From: Candidatus Tectimicrobiota bacterium
GTDB taxonomy: Bacteria > JACPUC01
NCBI GenBank assembly: GCA_016192455.1
Contig: JACPUC010000016.1
Coordinates: forward strand, 1 to 64,000
Reading direction: 5' to 3'
Length of the DNA stretch: 64,000 nucleotides
The translations under genes were made by a program, and so were the position numbers. The notes beneath the pieces are model-generated. The model did not search any database and was not told the DNA's origin. It saw only the letters and a list, made by a program, of their open reading frames with translations. Shown here piece by piece: positions 11,201 through 19,872 of the stretch (the stretch's first letter is position 1; each line of letters opens with the position of its first letter).

Positions 11201-11505
11201 GAACGGCGGCGGCGCTCGAGGCGCTGGCCTCGACCGAGGTGCTGTCGCCGGAGCGCCTGCGCCGCCTGAGCGAGGCTTTCCGCTTTTACAAGCGGCTGGA
11301 GATGCAGATGCGCATCGTCGATGACCGCCCGCACAGCCGCCTCCCCAGCGATCCCGAACGGCTCGCCGTGCTGGCGCGGGCGGTGCGGCGCTTCGACGCG
11401 GAGGTGACGGGAGCGGCAAGCTTGGTGCGGCGCTACCGAGCGCTCCAGGAGGGGATTGCCGAGGTCTACGACGCGGTGATGGGCGAACTCGGCGCCGCGC
11501 CATAG
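8236..11505 (+). CDS. glnE: Bifunctional glutamine synthetase adenylyltransferase/deadenylase
   Basis: Two nucleotidyltransferase repeats (GLGKLGGRELNVSSDIDL and ALGKLGGSELSFGSDLDL), RVDLNLRPDG, WERQA twice, and KLGRGGIREIEF. Confidence 0.93.
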   Translation: MSLRTIGVSQLAEAMLASSPPPREALDVLHAAGFRDAAGAWRRLRRVLAQEEHGLPSPAFAPRLLEELAASFDPNRALNNLERFIAGGPDRASLFTLLNDNPETLRALVAIFSGSQYLSDILISDPSLLDWLSGEEALAQPRFKDEMQAALRALIDAAPTYGACLAQVRRFKKREVLRIGLRDLLLQAELAETLEDLSNLAEVCVELALELTHRDLVARYGQPMIIAAAPDDAESVGVGPPPARPCEFVVLGLGKLGGRELNVSSDIDLMYLYTSSQGSTSGIPGPDGQPLQQLSNHEFYVKLAQRLTSALHEITSEGHVYRVDLNLRPDGSRGELVNSLRSCEIYYESWGETWERQAMMKARPIAGSAALGQQFADLMRPFIYRRHLDFSALEEIRAMKQRIDDHIARRLTAQRDIKLGRGGIREIEFIVQAFQLIYGGRDPWLRERNTLRALHRLASKELLSYEEYARLTRAYIFLRDLENRIQLMYGRQTHSIPDEPAELRALAAKMGFAEAPDPAAALLQCYEEHAASVRAVFDDLLRRPEEAEEPAEVAGLSLEPEEAERDREFLERRGFRDGARVLRDLLLLRDGLPYAHPSARSRRSFMRLLPTVVAEAARTPEPALAIANLVKFVEAHAAREALYTLFLDEPRLLETLLQLCGTSRFLAASLVRFPDVTHGLVDPAALRLAGEREAMRAELRQATAAQRHHDERLDSLRRFKQAEELRIGIRAVGGDLDDLETSRALSALADAFLEGVLELEQEVARSEMGRPICAPGGAVGSPGAAQGAERECGFCIVALGKLGGSELSFGSDLDLFFVYDDDGVALGGAPGAEVTNQQYFAKLAARIIHSVSSFGRSGFAYRLDSRLRPDGKSGILANSLPGLARYVTSRAQTWERQALTKARVVAGDVLLATRLMTCVEQFVYETPFSAATAQAIEAMRQRLERELAGEREAWRSLKFARGSLLSIEFLIQALQLKEGGRRRSLRVPGTAAALEALASTEVLSPERLRRLSEAFRFYKRLEMQMRIVDDRPHSRLPSDPERLAVLARAVRRFDAEVTGAASLVRRYRALQEGIAEVYDAVMGELGAAP

Positions 11506-11576
11506 CACCGGCCCCGCAGGCCGCGGCGCCCCCTCCGCCGTGCCCCCCAGCGCGATCCCAGGAAGGACCCTCCGAG

Positions 11577-12029
11577 GTGAGGAGCGCCGGCTATCGCCTC
11601 TTCGGAACGACCGCGGACGTCGGCGTCAGCGCCTGGGGCGGGTCTCTGGGCGAGGTCTGCGCGCAGGCCGCCAGGGGGATGTTCGCGGTGCTGGTTGACC
11701 TGCGCAGCGTCCGGGCGCGAGAACCGTATCCGCTGGAGGCATGCGGCGAGGACGCGGGCAGCATGCTCGTGGCCTTCCTCAACGAGCTGCTCTTTCTGCA
11801 TACCACGCGGGAGATCGTGCTGCGCCGTTTCGAGGTTCTGGTCGCCTCCCCGGATAGGCGTTTGGGCACGGCGCGCCCCCACTCGCGCCTCCGCGCCACG
11901 GCCTGGGGCGAGGCGATCGAGGCGTCCCGCCACACCATCGAGACGGAGATCAAGGCGGCCACCTACCACCGGCTGCTCGTCGCCCGGCGCAACGGCAGAT
12001 GGCGCGCCCGGGTGATCCTGGACGTGTAG
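11577..12029 (+). CDS. Archease
   Basis: TTADVG N-terminus, FLNELLFL, EIKAATYH and C-terminal VILDV. It lies directly upstream of rtcB. Confidence 0.9.
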   Translation: MRSAGYRLFGTTADVGVSAWGGSLGEVCAQAARGMFAVLVDLRSVRAREPYPLEACGEDAGSMLVAFLNELLFLHTTREIVLRRFEVLVASPDRRLGTARPHSRLRATAWGEAIEASRHTIETEIKAATYHRLLVARRNGRWRARVILDV

Positions 12030-12120
12030 GGAATCCCCGCGGTGGCGCGCCACGGAACTTGATGACCGGACGCGCCTCCGACAGCGGCGAGCTACCGCGG
12101 CCGGGTCCTGGAGGTACCTC

Positions 12121-13560
12121 ATGGAGTTGATCCAGCTCGATCCCTACCGCTGGGAGGTTCCGCAAGACCACGAGCGCGGCATGCGGGTGCCGGCGCGCAT
12201 CTACGCCGACGACCGGCTCATGGCGGCGATCCGCAACGATCAGAGCCTCGTGCAAGTGGTCAATGGCGCCACGCTCCCAGGGATTGTCGGCGCCTCGCTG
12301 GCCATGCCCGACATGCACTTCGGCTACGGCCTGCCCATCGGCGGCGTCGTCGCCATGGACCCCGACACCGGCGTCATCTCGCCCGGCGGCACCGGCTACG
12401 ACATCAACTGCGGCGTGCGCCTGCTGCGCAGCAACCTCGTGGAACAGGACGTGCGCCCGCGCCTGAAGACCCTCGTCGAGGAGCTCTTCCGCCGCATCCC
12501 CACCGGCGTGGGGTCGCGCGGCAAGCTCAAGCTCAGCCCGGCGGACGAGCGGGCCGTCACCCTCCGCGGCGCCCGCTGGGCGGTGCAGCAGGGTTACGGC
12601 AGCGAAGCGGACCTGGCCTGCATCGAAGCCGGGGGCTGCCTCGAGGGCGCCGATCCCGACAAGGTGAGCAGCAAGGCCTTCGAGCGCGGCCGCAGCCAGG
12701 TGGGCACGCTCGGCTCGGGCAACCATTTCCTCGAGGTGCAGATCGTCGACGAGGTCTTCGACGAGCACATCGCCAACGTCTTCGGCCTCTTCGCCGGCCA
12801 GATCGCCGTGCTCATCCACACCGGCTCGCGCGGCTTCGGGCACCAGGTCTGCACCGACTACCTGGTGGTGATGGAGCGCTGCATGGAGCGCTACGGCATC
12901 CAGCTCCCCGACCGCCAGCTCGCCTGCGCCCCCTTCCGCAGCCCGGAGGGACAGGACTACCTCGCCGCCATGCGCTGCGCCGCCAACTTCGCCTTCGCCA
13001 ACCGCCAGTGCATCACCGCCTGGGCGCGGCAAGTCTTCGAGCAGGTCTTGGGGATGGGGCCGCGTGACCTCGGCCTGGCCCTGGTGTACGATGTGGCCCA
13101 CAATATCGTGAAGATCGAGGAGCACCTCGTCAATGGCACGCGGCGCCAGCTCGTGGTGCACCGCAAGGGAGCGACGCGCGCCTTCCCGCCGGGGCACCCC
13201 GAGGTGCCGCCCCAGTACCGGGCCGTCGGCCAGCCGACGCTGATCCCCGGCGACATGGGACGGGCCTCCTACGTGCTGGCCGGCACGCAGCGCGCCATGG
13301 AGGAGACCTTCGGCAGCACCTGCCACGGCGCCGGGCGGGCCCTCAGCCGCCACGCCGCGAAGCGGCTCGCCAAGGGGCACGCCATCCAACGCGAGCTTGA
13401 GGATCGCGGCATCATCGTGCGCTACACCGGTCGCGCCACCCTCATGGAAGAAATCCCCGAGGCGTACAAGGACGTTACCGACGTGGTCAACGTCGTACAC
13501 GCCGCGGGCATCTCCCGCAAGGTGGCGCGCCTGCGCCCCATCGGGGTGATCAAGGGCTGA
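12121..13560 (+). CDS. rtcB: RtcB family RNA ligase
   Basis: MPDMHFGYGLPIGGV, GYDINCGVRL, GTLGSGNHFLE, HTGSRG, YDVAHN, VHRKGAT, STCHGAGR and EIPEAYKD. Confidence 0.96.
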   Translation: MELIQLDPYRWEVPQDHERGMRVPARIYADDRLMAAIRNDQSLVQVVNGATLPGIVGASLAMPDMHFGYGLPIGGVVAMDPDTGVISPGGTGYDINCGVRLLRSNLVEQDVRPRLKTLVEELFRRIPTGVGSRGKLKLSPADERAVTLRGARWAVQQGYGSEADLACIEAGGCLEGADPDKVSSKAFERGRSQVGTLGSGNHFLEVQIVDEVFDEHIANVFGLFAGQIAVLIHTGSRGFGHQVCTDYLVVMERCMERYGIQLPDRQLACAPFRSPEGQDYLAAMRCAANFAFANRQCITAWARQVFEQVLGMGPRDLGLALVYDVAHNIVKIEEHLVNGTRRQLVVHRKGATRAFPPGHPEVPPQYRAVGQPTLIPGDMGRASYVLAGTQRAMEETFGSTCHGAGRALSRHAAKRLAKGHAIQRELEDRGIIVRYTGRATLMEEIPEAYKDVTDVVNVVHAAGISRKVARLRPIGVIKG

Positions 13561-13622
13561 CCGAGGGCGCCCTGCCCCGCCTCCCGTTGCCTCGTTCGCC
13601 AATGCGTTCAGGGAACTCCCGC

Positions 13623-14735
13623 ATGCGACCCACCGTCGCCGACATTGATCTCCGCGCCCTGCGGCGCAATTTCGACGTTGTCCGCCAGCGGCTGCGACCC
13701 AACGTCGCCATCTTGCCGATCGTGAAGGCGAACGCTTACGGCCACGGCGCGGTGCCGGTTGCCCGGACGCTGCTCGAGGCGGGGGTGACCTGCTTGGGGG
13801 TGGCCCTGGTGGAGGAAGCCCTCGAGCTGCGCCAGGCCGGCATCGACGCCCCTATCCTGGTGCTCGGCTGCGTGGCGGTGGCGGACATCCCGGCGCTCAT
13901 CGCCGAGGAGCTCGCGGTGGTGGTCTTCGACCTGGGGTTCGCCGAGGAGCTTTCGCGCCAGGCCCTGCGCCGGCAGCGGCAGGCGCGCGTGCACGTCAAG
14001 GTGGATACCGGCATGAACCGCCTGGGGATACCCCCGGATGAGGCGCCGGCGTTCATCGAGAAGCTCGCCGACCTGAAAGGCCTGGTCCTCGAGGGTCTGA
14101 TGACGCACTTCGCCACCGCCGACGAGCAGGATGACGGCTACCTCCGGGAGCAGCACGCCGCCTTCACGCGGCTGGTGGAGCGGCTCGCCCAGCGCGGCCA
14201 GACGTTCCCGCATCTCCACTGCGCCAACAGCGCGGCGATCATGCACCATCCGGCGACCCATGCCGACATGGTGCGGCCGGGCATCGTCCTCTACGGCGCC
14301 CACGCCACCGCCACGCCGCACAGCCGCTGGCCGGTGGAACCGGTCCTCACCCTGCGCAGCCGCATCGCTCAGCTCCGCTTCGTCAGCCGCGGCAGCACCC
14401 TGAGCTATGGCCGCAGCTACACGACGGCGCGCGACGCGCTCATCGCCACCCTGCCGATCGGCTACGGCGACGGGTACAGCCGCGCCCTCTCGAACCGCGG
14501 CGACGTCCTCGTGCGCGGGCGCCGCGCGCCGATCGTCGGCAACCTCTGCATGGACCTGACGCTCGTCGATGTCACGGAGGTGCCGCAGGCCGCGCTCGGC
14601 GACGAGGTCATCCTCATCGGCAGCCAGGGCGACGAGCAGATCAGCGTCGAGGAGCTGGCGCGCCACTGCGGCAGCGTGCCGCACGAAATCTTCTGCCAGC
14701 TTGGTTCCCGCCTGCCGCGCCGGTACCAGACGTGA
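13623..14735 (+). CDS. alr: Alanine racemase
   Basis: IVKANAYGHG (PLP lysine), HVKVDTGMNRLG, MTHFA, VRPGIVLYG, IGYGDG and CMD. Confidence 0.95.
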   Translation: MRPTVADIDLRALRRNFDVVRQRLRPNVAILPIVKANAYGHGAVPVARTLLEAGVTCLGVALVEEALELRQAGIDAPILVLGCVAVADIPALIAEELAVVVFDLGFAEELSRQALRRQRQARVHVKVDTGMNRLGIPPDEAPAFIEKLADLKGLVLEGLMTHFATADEQDDGYLREQHAAFTRLVERLAQRGQTFPHLHCANSAAIMHHPATHADMVRPGIVLYGAHATATPHSRWPVEPVLTLRSRIAQLRFVSRGSTLSYGRSYTTARDALIATLPIGYGDGYSRALSNRGDVLVRGRRAPIVGNLCMDLTLVDVTEVPQAALGDEVILIGSQGDEQISVEELARHCGSVPHEIFCQLGSRLPRRYQT

Positions 14736-14831
14736 ACCCTCCATCCTCCTACCACGCATGAACAACGCGGCCCGGCCGCGCGGCGGGCGGATGCTGCCCC
14801 GCCGTCGCGCGCGCCGCGTTGCCGTCGCGCC

Positions 14832-15968
14832 TCAGCGGTCCGCGGGGGTCTTGGTCGAGCCGTCATGTGGGGCGCTCGGCGGGGGAGTCACCTGGGGAGA
14901 CTGCTGTGGCGGGGCGGCCTCCGAGGATTGCGATCCAGGCGGCGTAGCGGGCCTGCTGGGCGTGCCGCTCACCGACGCCCCCGCACCAGCGCCGGGCGCC
15001 GCACCGGGCGCCGCCGGCTTCGGCTCTGGCTTCGGCTTTTCGCGCAGCTCCTCCAGCCGCTTCGTGAGGGTGCGCACCTGGCCGCTGAAGAGGCGGTAGA
15101 CCGTGTCGCGATCGGCCCGGCGCGCGTAGGTCTGGCGTTCATCCACCGCCTTGCCGATCTGCAGCGTGAAGTTCTGCCCCTCGGCCGTGGCGACCTCGAT
15201 GGTGCTTGACGGCGCCAGCAGCCCCGCCGCCTCGAGCGACGCCGCATCGTCGATCCCGGCGGCGCGCAGCTTGGCGAGACGCTCCAGGAGGCCGTCGACC
15301 GCCGCCTTGTCAGCAGGCTCCTCCTGTGGTTCGCGGAGGCGCCAGCTCCCCGCGTCATCCCGCCCCACCATGATCCTCGCCACGCCGTCATCGAGGCTGA
15401 GCTGTTGGACGCCGCCGGGATCGAAGCGGAAGATCGTCAGGTCACGCCAGCTCGTCGGTTTCTTGTCGAAGGAGTAGATCAGGACCTCGGGCGCCAGGAG
15501 CACCTCCCTGCCCTGGTCGCGGCGCACGTAGGTGCCGGCGAAGTCGCTGCCGCGCTTGCCGAGGATGAAGCCGGCCAGCACGGCTCCAGCGGCGTCGCGG
15601 ATGGTCACCCGCAGACCGCCGTCGTCCACCTGGAAGAGCGCGTGCTTCTCAGGATTCGTGGAGATCACCTCGACCGGCTTGAGCTGCGCCACCTTTTCGA
15701 GCAGCTTCTGCACCGCCTCGGCATCCGCCTGAAACTCCAGGGGTTTGGCGATCCACCAGCCTCCCGCGCGTTTCTCCAACACCGTCTCTTCAGCGCCTCG
15801 TTGCAGGGCGATCTTTGCCGCGCCGGCGCTGGTGAAGCTCGGAAAGAGCGGCGCATTGAGCCCCACCGAGCCGGGCCGGGGGGGCTCCTCGGAGCCACTC
15901 AGCAGGAACAGAGCAAGGCCCACGAGGACGACCAGGGCAAGGAGGATGAGCGTGGTGCGGAGCTTCAC
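14832..15968 (-). CDS. DUF4340-type membrane-anchored protein
   Basis: N-terminal TM (KLRTTLILLALVVLVG), repeated W.I..P....AD...V..LL..LA.L units, and a position downstream of GldG. GTG start 15968. Confidence 0.75.
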   Translation of the reverse strand: MKLRTTLILLALVVLVGLALFLLSGSEEPPRPGSVGLNAPLFPSFTSAGAAKIALQRGAEETVLEKRAGGWWIAKPLEFQADAEAVQKLLEKVAQLKPVEVISTNPEKHALFQVDDGGLRVTIRDAAGAVLAGFILGKRGSDFAGTYVRRDQGREVLLAPEVLIYSFDKKPTSWRDLTIFRFDPGGVQQLSLDDGVARIMVGRDDAGSWRLREPQEEPADKAAVDGLLERLAKLRAAGIDDAASLEAAGLLAPSSTIEVATAEGQNFTLQIGKAVDERQTYARRADRDTVYRLFSGQVRTLTKRLEELREKPKPEPKPAAPGAAPGAGAGASVSGTPSRPATPPGSQSSEAAPPQQSPQVTPPPSAPHDGSTKTPADR

Positions 15969-16128
15969 GTGCAGGGCGCCCTTGTGCGTACCGATGTACG
16001 GGAACTGTTTCGTTCGATTCTCTTTCGGATTCCTTTTCGTGGGGGACCCGTGCTCCCTCACGCCCCCACTCAGCGCGAGTGCTCTGCACTCGCGTTCCGC
16101 CGACGAACCGACTCGCGGCGACGCACCC

Positions 16129-17754
16129 CTACCCCCGCAGATCAGCCAGGGCGCGGCGCAGGCGACGACGCAGGCCGAAGCGCGCCAGGCCGAAGCCGAC
16201 GACGAGGATGGGCATTGCCAGGGTCGCCAGCCAGCGGGCGGTTGTCTTGCCGGTCTCGCTCAGACTCACGAGGGGCCGCTCGGTTGCACCCCGCGAGCGG
16301 ATGCCGATGAGCTCCTCCCCTTGCGCCAACCAGTCGACGGCGTTCTGGAAGAAGAGGAGGTTGTGCGGAAAGGCGCCAAGGTAGCGGTCGGTGATGAAAT
16401 CCGAATCGCCCAGGACGAGCAGGCTGGTTTCGGGGCTCTCCTCGATGACCTTTGGGGCGACCTCGGCGCCGACTCCCTCCGCTTGCGCCTCCCCCTCCTT
16501 GCCGGTGTCGCGCGGCGGCGCCTCCTTGCCTTTAAACAAGCTGCTGAACCGCCCGGTGACGGCAACCGCCAGGGGGAACGCGCGGCGCTCTTCCGGTTTC
16601 ACTTGGAAGCGTTGCTGCGGATTGAGGTTGAAGGGCGGCCCGGCGGCCCAGGCGTAAGGGGTGGTGCGCGCCAGCTCCGTCACCTTCAGGTTTGCCTCCG
16701 GGGGCGCCAGCACCTCGACCGGGCTGGCCCATGGCAGCACCAGGCTCTCCAGGCGGTTCGTGATCGGATGGCTCGTGGACAGGTTCGCTTTCGCAACCTT
16801 GACCCAGAAGGGATAGGGCAGGCTGAAGCGGACGATGCCGGAGTTGAAGGTGGCCGGCGCGTTGGAGCGATCGAGGATGAGCTGCTTGCCGACGCGCAGC
16901 CCGTAGGCGCGCAGGAGATCCTCCGCCACGTTGGTGACCAGGCTGGCGCGCAACCCCTCTTCGAGCTTCACGCTATCCACCAGCCAAAGGGTCCGGCCGC
17001 CGCGCATGATGTACTGGTCGATGGCGAACTTCTCCCGCGGCGTCAAGCCGGCCAGGCCCGGCAGCACCAGCACCGTGACCTCCTTGGGCACCTCCTTGCC
17101 GTCCGCCACATCCACCGGCGTGACGCGGTACTGCTTGGCGAGGGCGCGGCGGCTGGCGGCGTAATCCTCGAAGAGCGCGTGCGCCGACTTCGTGCTCAGG
17201 AAGCCGACGGTGCGCACCTCGCGCCGCTGCACCTTCAGCATCGCCGCCGTCAGGTCGTACTCGAGGTTCCGCAGGTTGGCGACAACCGGGATCGCCTCCT
17301 TGCGGTCCTCGAAGTAGAGGGCGATGCCCAGGTAGCCGTTGATGATCTGCTGCTCGTCCTTCTCGATGACGTTCATCTGCACCTGCTGGATGCCGAGCTG
17401 GCGCACCAGCTTCTCCGTCTCGGGATCGCGAGCCGGGTCGATGAACTTCACCTGCAGCTTGCCCTTCGAGAAGGCGCGGTACTCATCCAGCAGGTCCCGC
17501 ACCGCGGCGCGCAGGTTCACGAGGTAGGGGGGGAGCTTCTCGGAGAAATAGACGGTCACGGTAAGGAGGTCGTCGAGGTTGCCCACGACCTTGCGGCTGG
17601 CGGGCGCCAGGGTGAACTCCCGGCCCTCGGTCAGGTCGAGGCGCGCGAAGCGATGCGCGGCGAGCACGTTTACCAGGACGAGCAGCGCTGTCACCAGGAG
17701 CACCGTGACCAGGGAGTTCGTGCCGTACTGCCATCTGCGGCGCAGGCGAAGCAT
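16129..17754 (-). CDS. GldG-family ABC-associated protein
   Basis: N-terminal TM, RLDLTEGREFTL, LEYDLTAAM, IDQYIMRGG, FFQNAVDWL and a C-terminal TM. Confidence 0.85.
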   Translation of the reverse strand: MLRLRRRWQYGTNSLVTVLLVTALLVLVNVLAAHRFARLDLTEGREFTLAPASRKVVGNLDDLLTVTVYFSEKLPPYLVNLRAAVRDLLDEYRAFSKGKLQVKFIDPARDPETEKLVRQLGIQQVQMNVIEKDEQQIINGYLGIALYFEDRKEAIPVVANLRNLEYDLTAAMLKVQRREVRTVGFLSTKSAHALFEDYAASRRALAKQYRVTPVDVADGKEVPKEVTVLVLPGLAGLTPREKFAIDQYIMRGGRTLWLVDSVKLEEGLRASLVTNVAEDLLRAYGLRVGKQLILDRSNAPATFNSGIVRFSLPYPFWVKVAKANLSTSHPITNRLESLVLPWASPVEVLAPPEANLKVTELARTTPYAWAAGPPFNLNPQQRFQVKPEERRAFPLAVAVTGRFSSLFKGKEAPPRDTGKEGEAQAEGVGAEVAPKVIEESPETSLLVLGDSDFITDRYLGAFPHNLLFFQNAVDWLAQGEELIGIRSRGATERPLVSLSETGKTTARWLATLAMPILVVGFGLARFGLRRRLRRALADLRG

Positions 17755-17758
17755 GCCC

Positions 17759-18475
17759 TTACTTCCACTTGCGGCTCTCGACGGAGCGCACGTTGAGGAA
17801 CAGGAAAAAGACCATCACCGACAGGTAGTAGATGACATCCCGCGAGTCGAGGACGCCGCGGCCGATGCTCTCGAAGTGCGTGTGCAGGCCGAGGTACTCC
17901 AAGAGAGGCGCCACCCAGCCGGGCGCCGCCAGGAGGACGAAGCTCTCGCCCAGAATGAGGAGGAGGAACGACAGGGCCACGCCCAGGATGAAGGCAACGA
18001 TCTGGTTCTCGCTGAGGCTGGAGACAAAGAGCCCGAGGCTCAGGTAGGCGCCGCCAAGGAGGATCGCCCCCAGGAAGCCGCCCCAGAGCTGGCCGCTGTC
18101 CGGGTCGCCGAAGGTTGCGACGACGATGACGAGGGGAAAGGAGAGGACCACCGTGAGGATCAGCAGGCCGTAAGCGGCGAAGAACTTGCCGAGGACCACC
18201 TCGTAGTCCTTCAGCGGCAACGTCATGAGGACCTCCATGGTGCCGAGTTTGCGCTCCTCCGCCCACAGCCGCATGGTGATCGCCGGCACGAAGAAGAGAA
18301 AAACCCAGGGGAGGAGGGCGAAGAAGGGCCGCAGGGTGGCCTGGTTGAAGAGGAAGAAGCCGCGGAAGAACAGCCAGTGCGTCAGCACCAGGAAGACCGT
18401 CATGAAAATGTAGGCGATGGAGGAGTTGAAGTAGCTCTGAAACTCTTTGGCCGTGATCAGGAGGATGTTCTTCAT
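17759..18475 (-). CDS. GldF-like ABC-2 permease
   Basis: KEFQSYFNSSIAY, PAITMRLWAEERKLGTMEVLMTLP, VLGKF and GVLDSRDVIYY. Confidence 0.9.
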   Translation of the reverse strand: MKNILLITAKEFQSYFNSSIAYIFMTVFLVLTHWLFFRGFFLFNQATLRPFFALLPWVFLFFVPAITMRLWAEERKLGTMEVLMTLPLKDYEVVLGKFFAAYGLLILTVVLSFPLVIVVATFGDPDSGQLWGGFLGAILLGGAYLSLGLFVSSLSENQIVAFILGVALSFLLLILGESFVLLAAPGWVAPLLEYLGLHTHFESIGRGVLDSRDVIYYLSVMVFFLFLNVRSVESRKWK

Positions 18476-18507
18476 CGTCGTCGAGGAGAGCGAGGGGACC
18501 GCAGGCG

Positions 18508-19485
18508 CTACTTCTCGCGCGTGGTCAGGCGCGAGAAGACTTCTTCCAGGCTCACCGCTTCGCGCCGCAGCTCGGAGAGCGTCCAGCCGTTCTCCACGGC
18601 GAGCCGGAAGAGCTCCTCGCCGAGATCGCGCGCGGCATCGGCGCTGACGCGAAAGCGCGCCCGCCCGCCGTCGATGGTCTCGAGGCATTCGGGTCGCCTG
18701 ATGCCAGGCATGGCTTCCAGCTTGGCCCGCACCTCTCCGAGGGCGGCGTGGCGGCCATCCCCCTCCGCCGGCAGCCCCTGCGGCGGGCGCAACGTAAGGT
18801 GGTAGACCGCATCGCCGGCCGCCTGGCGGGAGAGCTCTTCCGTCGTTCCCTGCGCCACCAGCCCGCCATTGCTGAGGATGAGGATGCGATCGCAGGTCAT
18901 CGACACCTCCGGCAGGATGTGCGTGCAGAGGATGACGGTGCGCTCTCGTCCCAGGGTTTTGATGAGCTGGCGAATCTCGGCGATCTGGTTCGGGTCGAGG
19001 CCGCTCGTCGGCTCGTCGAGGATGAGAATCTGCGGCTCGTGGATGAGCGCTTGGGCCAGCCCGACGCGCTGCCGGTAGCCCTTCGAGAGCTCGCCGATCA
19101 CGCGCCCGAGGACCGCCTGCAGGCCGCAGACGGCGGTCATCTCCTGGATGCGGCGCTCGATGAGCCGGGCGGCCAGCCGGCGCACGCGCGCCATGAAGCG
19201 CAGGTAATCGCGCACCGTCATGTCGCCGTAGAGCGGGGCGTTCTCCGGCAGGTAGCCGATGCGGCGGCGCACCTCGAGGGAGTGCTCCACGGCGTCGAAA
19301 CCGCCCACCTTCACCTCGCCGCTCGTCGCCGGAAGGTAGCAGGTGAGCACCCGCATCGTCGTCGTCTTGCCCGCGCCGTTCGGGCCAAGAATGCCCACCA
19401 CCTCGCCGGCACGCACCCTGAAGGAGAGATCGCGCACCGCGGTGATCGGCCCGAAGCACTTCGTGAGATGCGCAACCTCGATCAT
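18508..19485 (-). CDS. GldA-like ABC ATP-binding protein
   Basis: Walker A GPNGAGKTT, signature LSKGYRQR, Walker B ILDEPTSGLDP. Confidence 0.92.
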   Translation of the reverse strand: MIEVAHLTKCFGPITAVRDLSFRVRAGEVVGILGPNGAGKTTTMRVLTCYLPATSGEVKVGGFDAVEHSLEVRRRIGYLPENAPLYGDMTVRDYLRFMARVRRLAARLIERRIQEMTAVCGLQAVLGRVIGELSKGYRQRVGLAQALIHEPQILILDEPTSGLDPNQIAEIRQLIKTLGRERTVILCTHILPEVSMTCDRILILSNGGLVAQGTTEELSRQAAGDAVYHLTLRPPQGLPAEGDGRHAALGEVRAKLEAMPGIRRPECLETIDGGRARFRVSADAARDLGEELFRLAVENGWTLSELRREAVSLEEVFSRLTTREK

Positions 19486-19627
19486 CGGCGTTCTCGGCAA
19501 AGGATGCGGCAAGACATGAAAGGCGGGAAGCTCGCTCAGCTCCTGCAGGCTCGTCCCCTGGGAAGCCCCCTTCGTGAATTTCCCCTGCATCACCTTTGAT
19601 CCCAATGGAACCACGAGGTTCCGCGAA

Positions 19628-19656
19628 ATTGTAGGCATCGTCCCCCTGCGAGTCAA
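19628..19656 (-). promoter_or_regulatory. sigma70-type promoter for the gldA-F-G operon
   Basis: TTGACT-17 nt-TACAAT on the minus strand. Confidence 0.7.
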
Positions 19657-19757
19657 TTGGGGGAGACACTCGAGGCCGTCACAGGACCGCTCCTGGCCCC
19701 CCTTCCCGATTCGCCTCGAAAGCGCGTTCTTGAAGCTTCTTGGCGCCGGCGCGCAGC

Positions 19758-19786
19758 TTGACGCCCCTGCCAGCCATTGTTACACT
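19758..19786 (+). promoter_or_regulatory. sigma70-type promoter for the TPP-enzyme gene
   Basis: TTGACG-17 nt-TACACT with an extended -10 TG. Confidence 0.7.
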
Positions 19787-19872
19787 ACGGCACCTCTTGC
19801 AGAGGGGGAGGCGGGGCGCGCCGGCGCGCCTCGGACGATGAGCTCCAGCCAGCCAGGAGCGGAAGGCCAGTC

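Noticed and set aside
8764-11508. Very long antisense ORFs (also 19903-22152, 15745-17796, 11950-13602, 22287-24098)
   Set aside because: They shadow well-supported genes on the opposite strand, as expected from high-GC codon bias, and show no family motifs.
14832-19485. GldA/F/G operon as evidence of gliding motility
   Set aside because: This ABC plus DUF4340 arrangement is widespread outside gliding Bacteroidota, and no other gld/spr genes are present.
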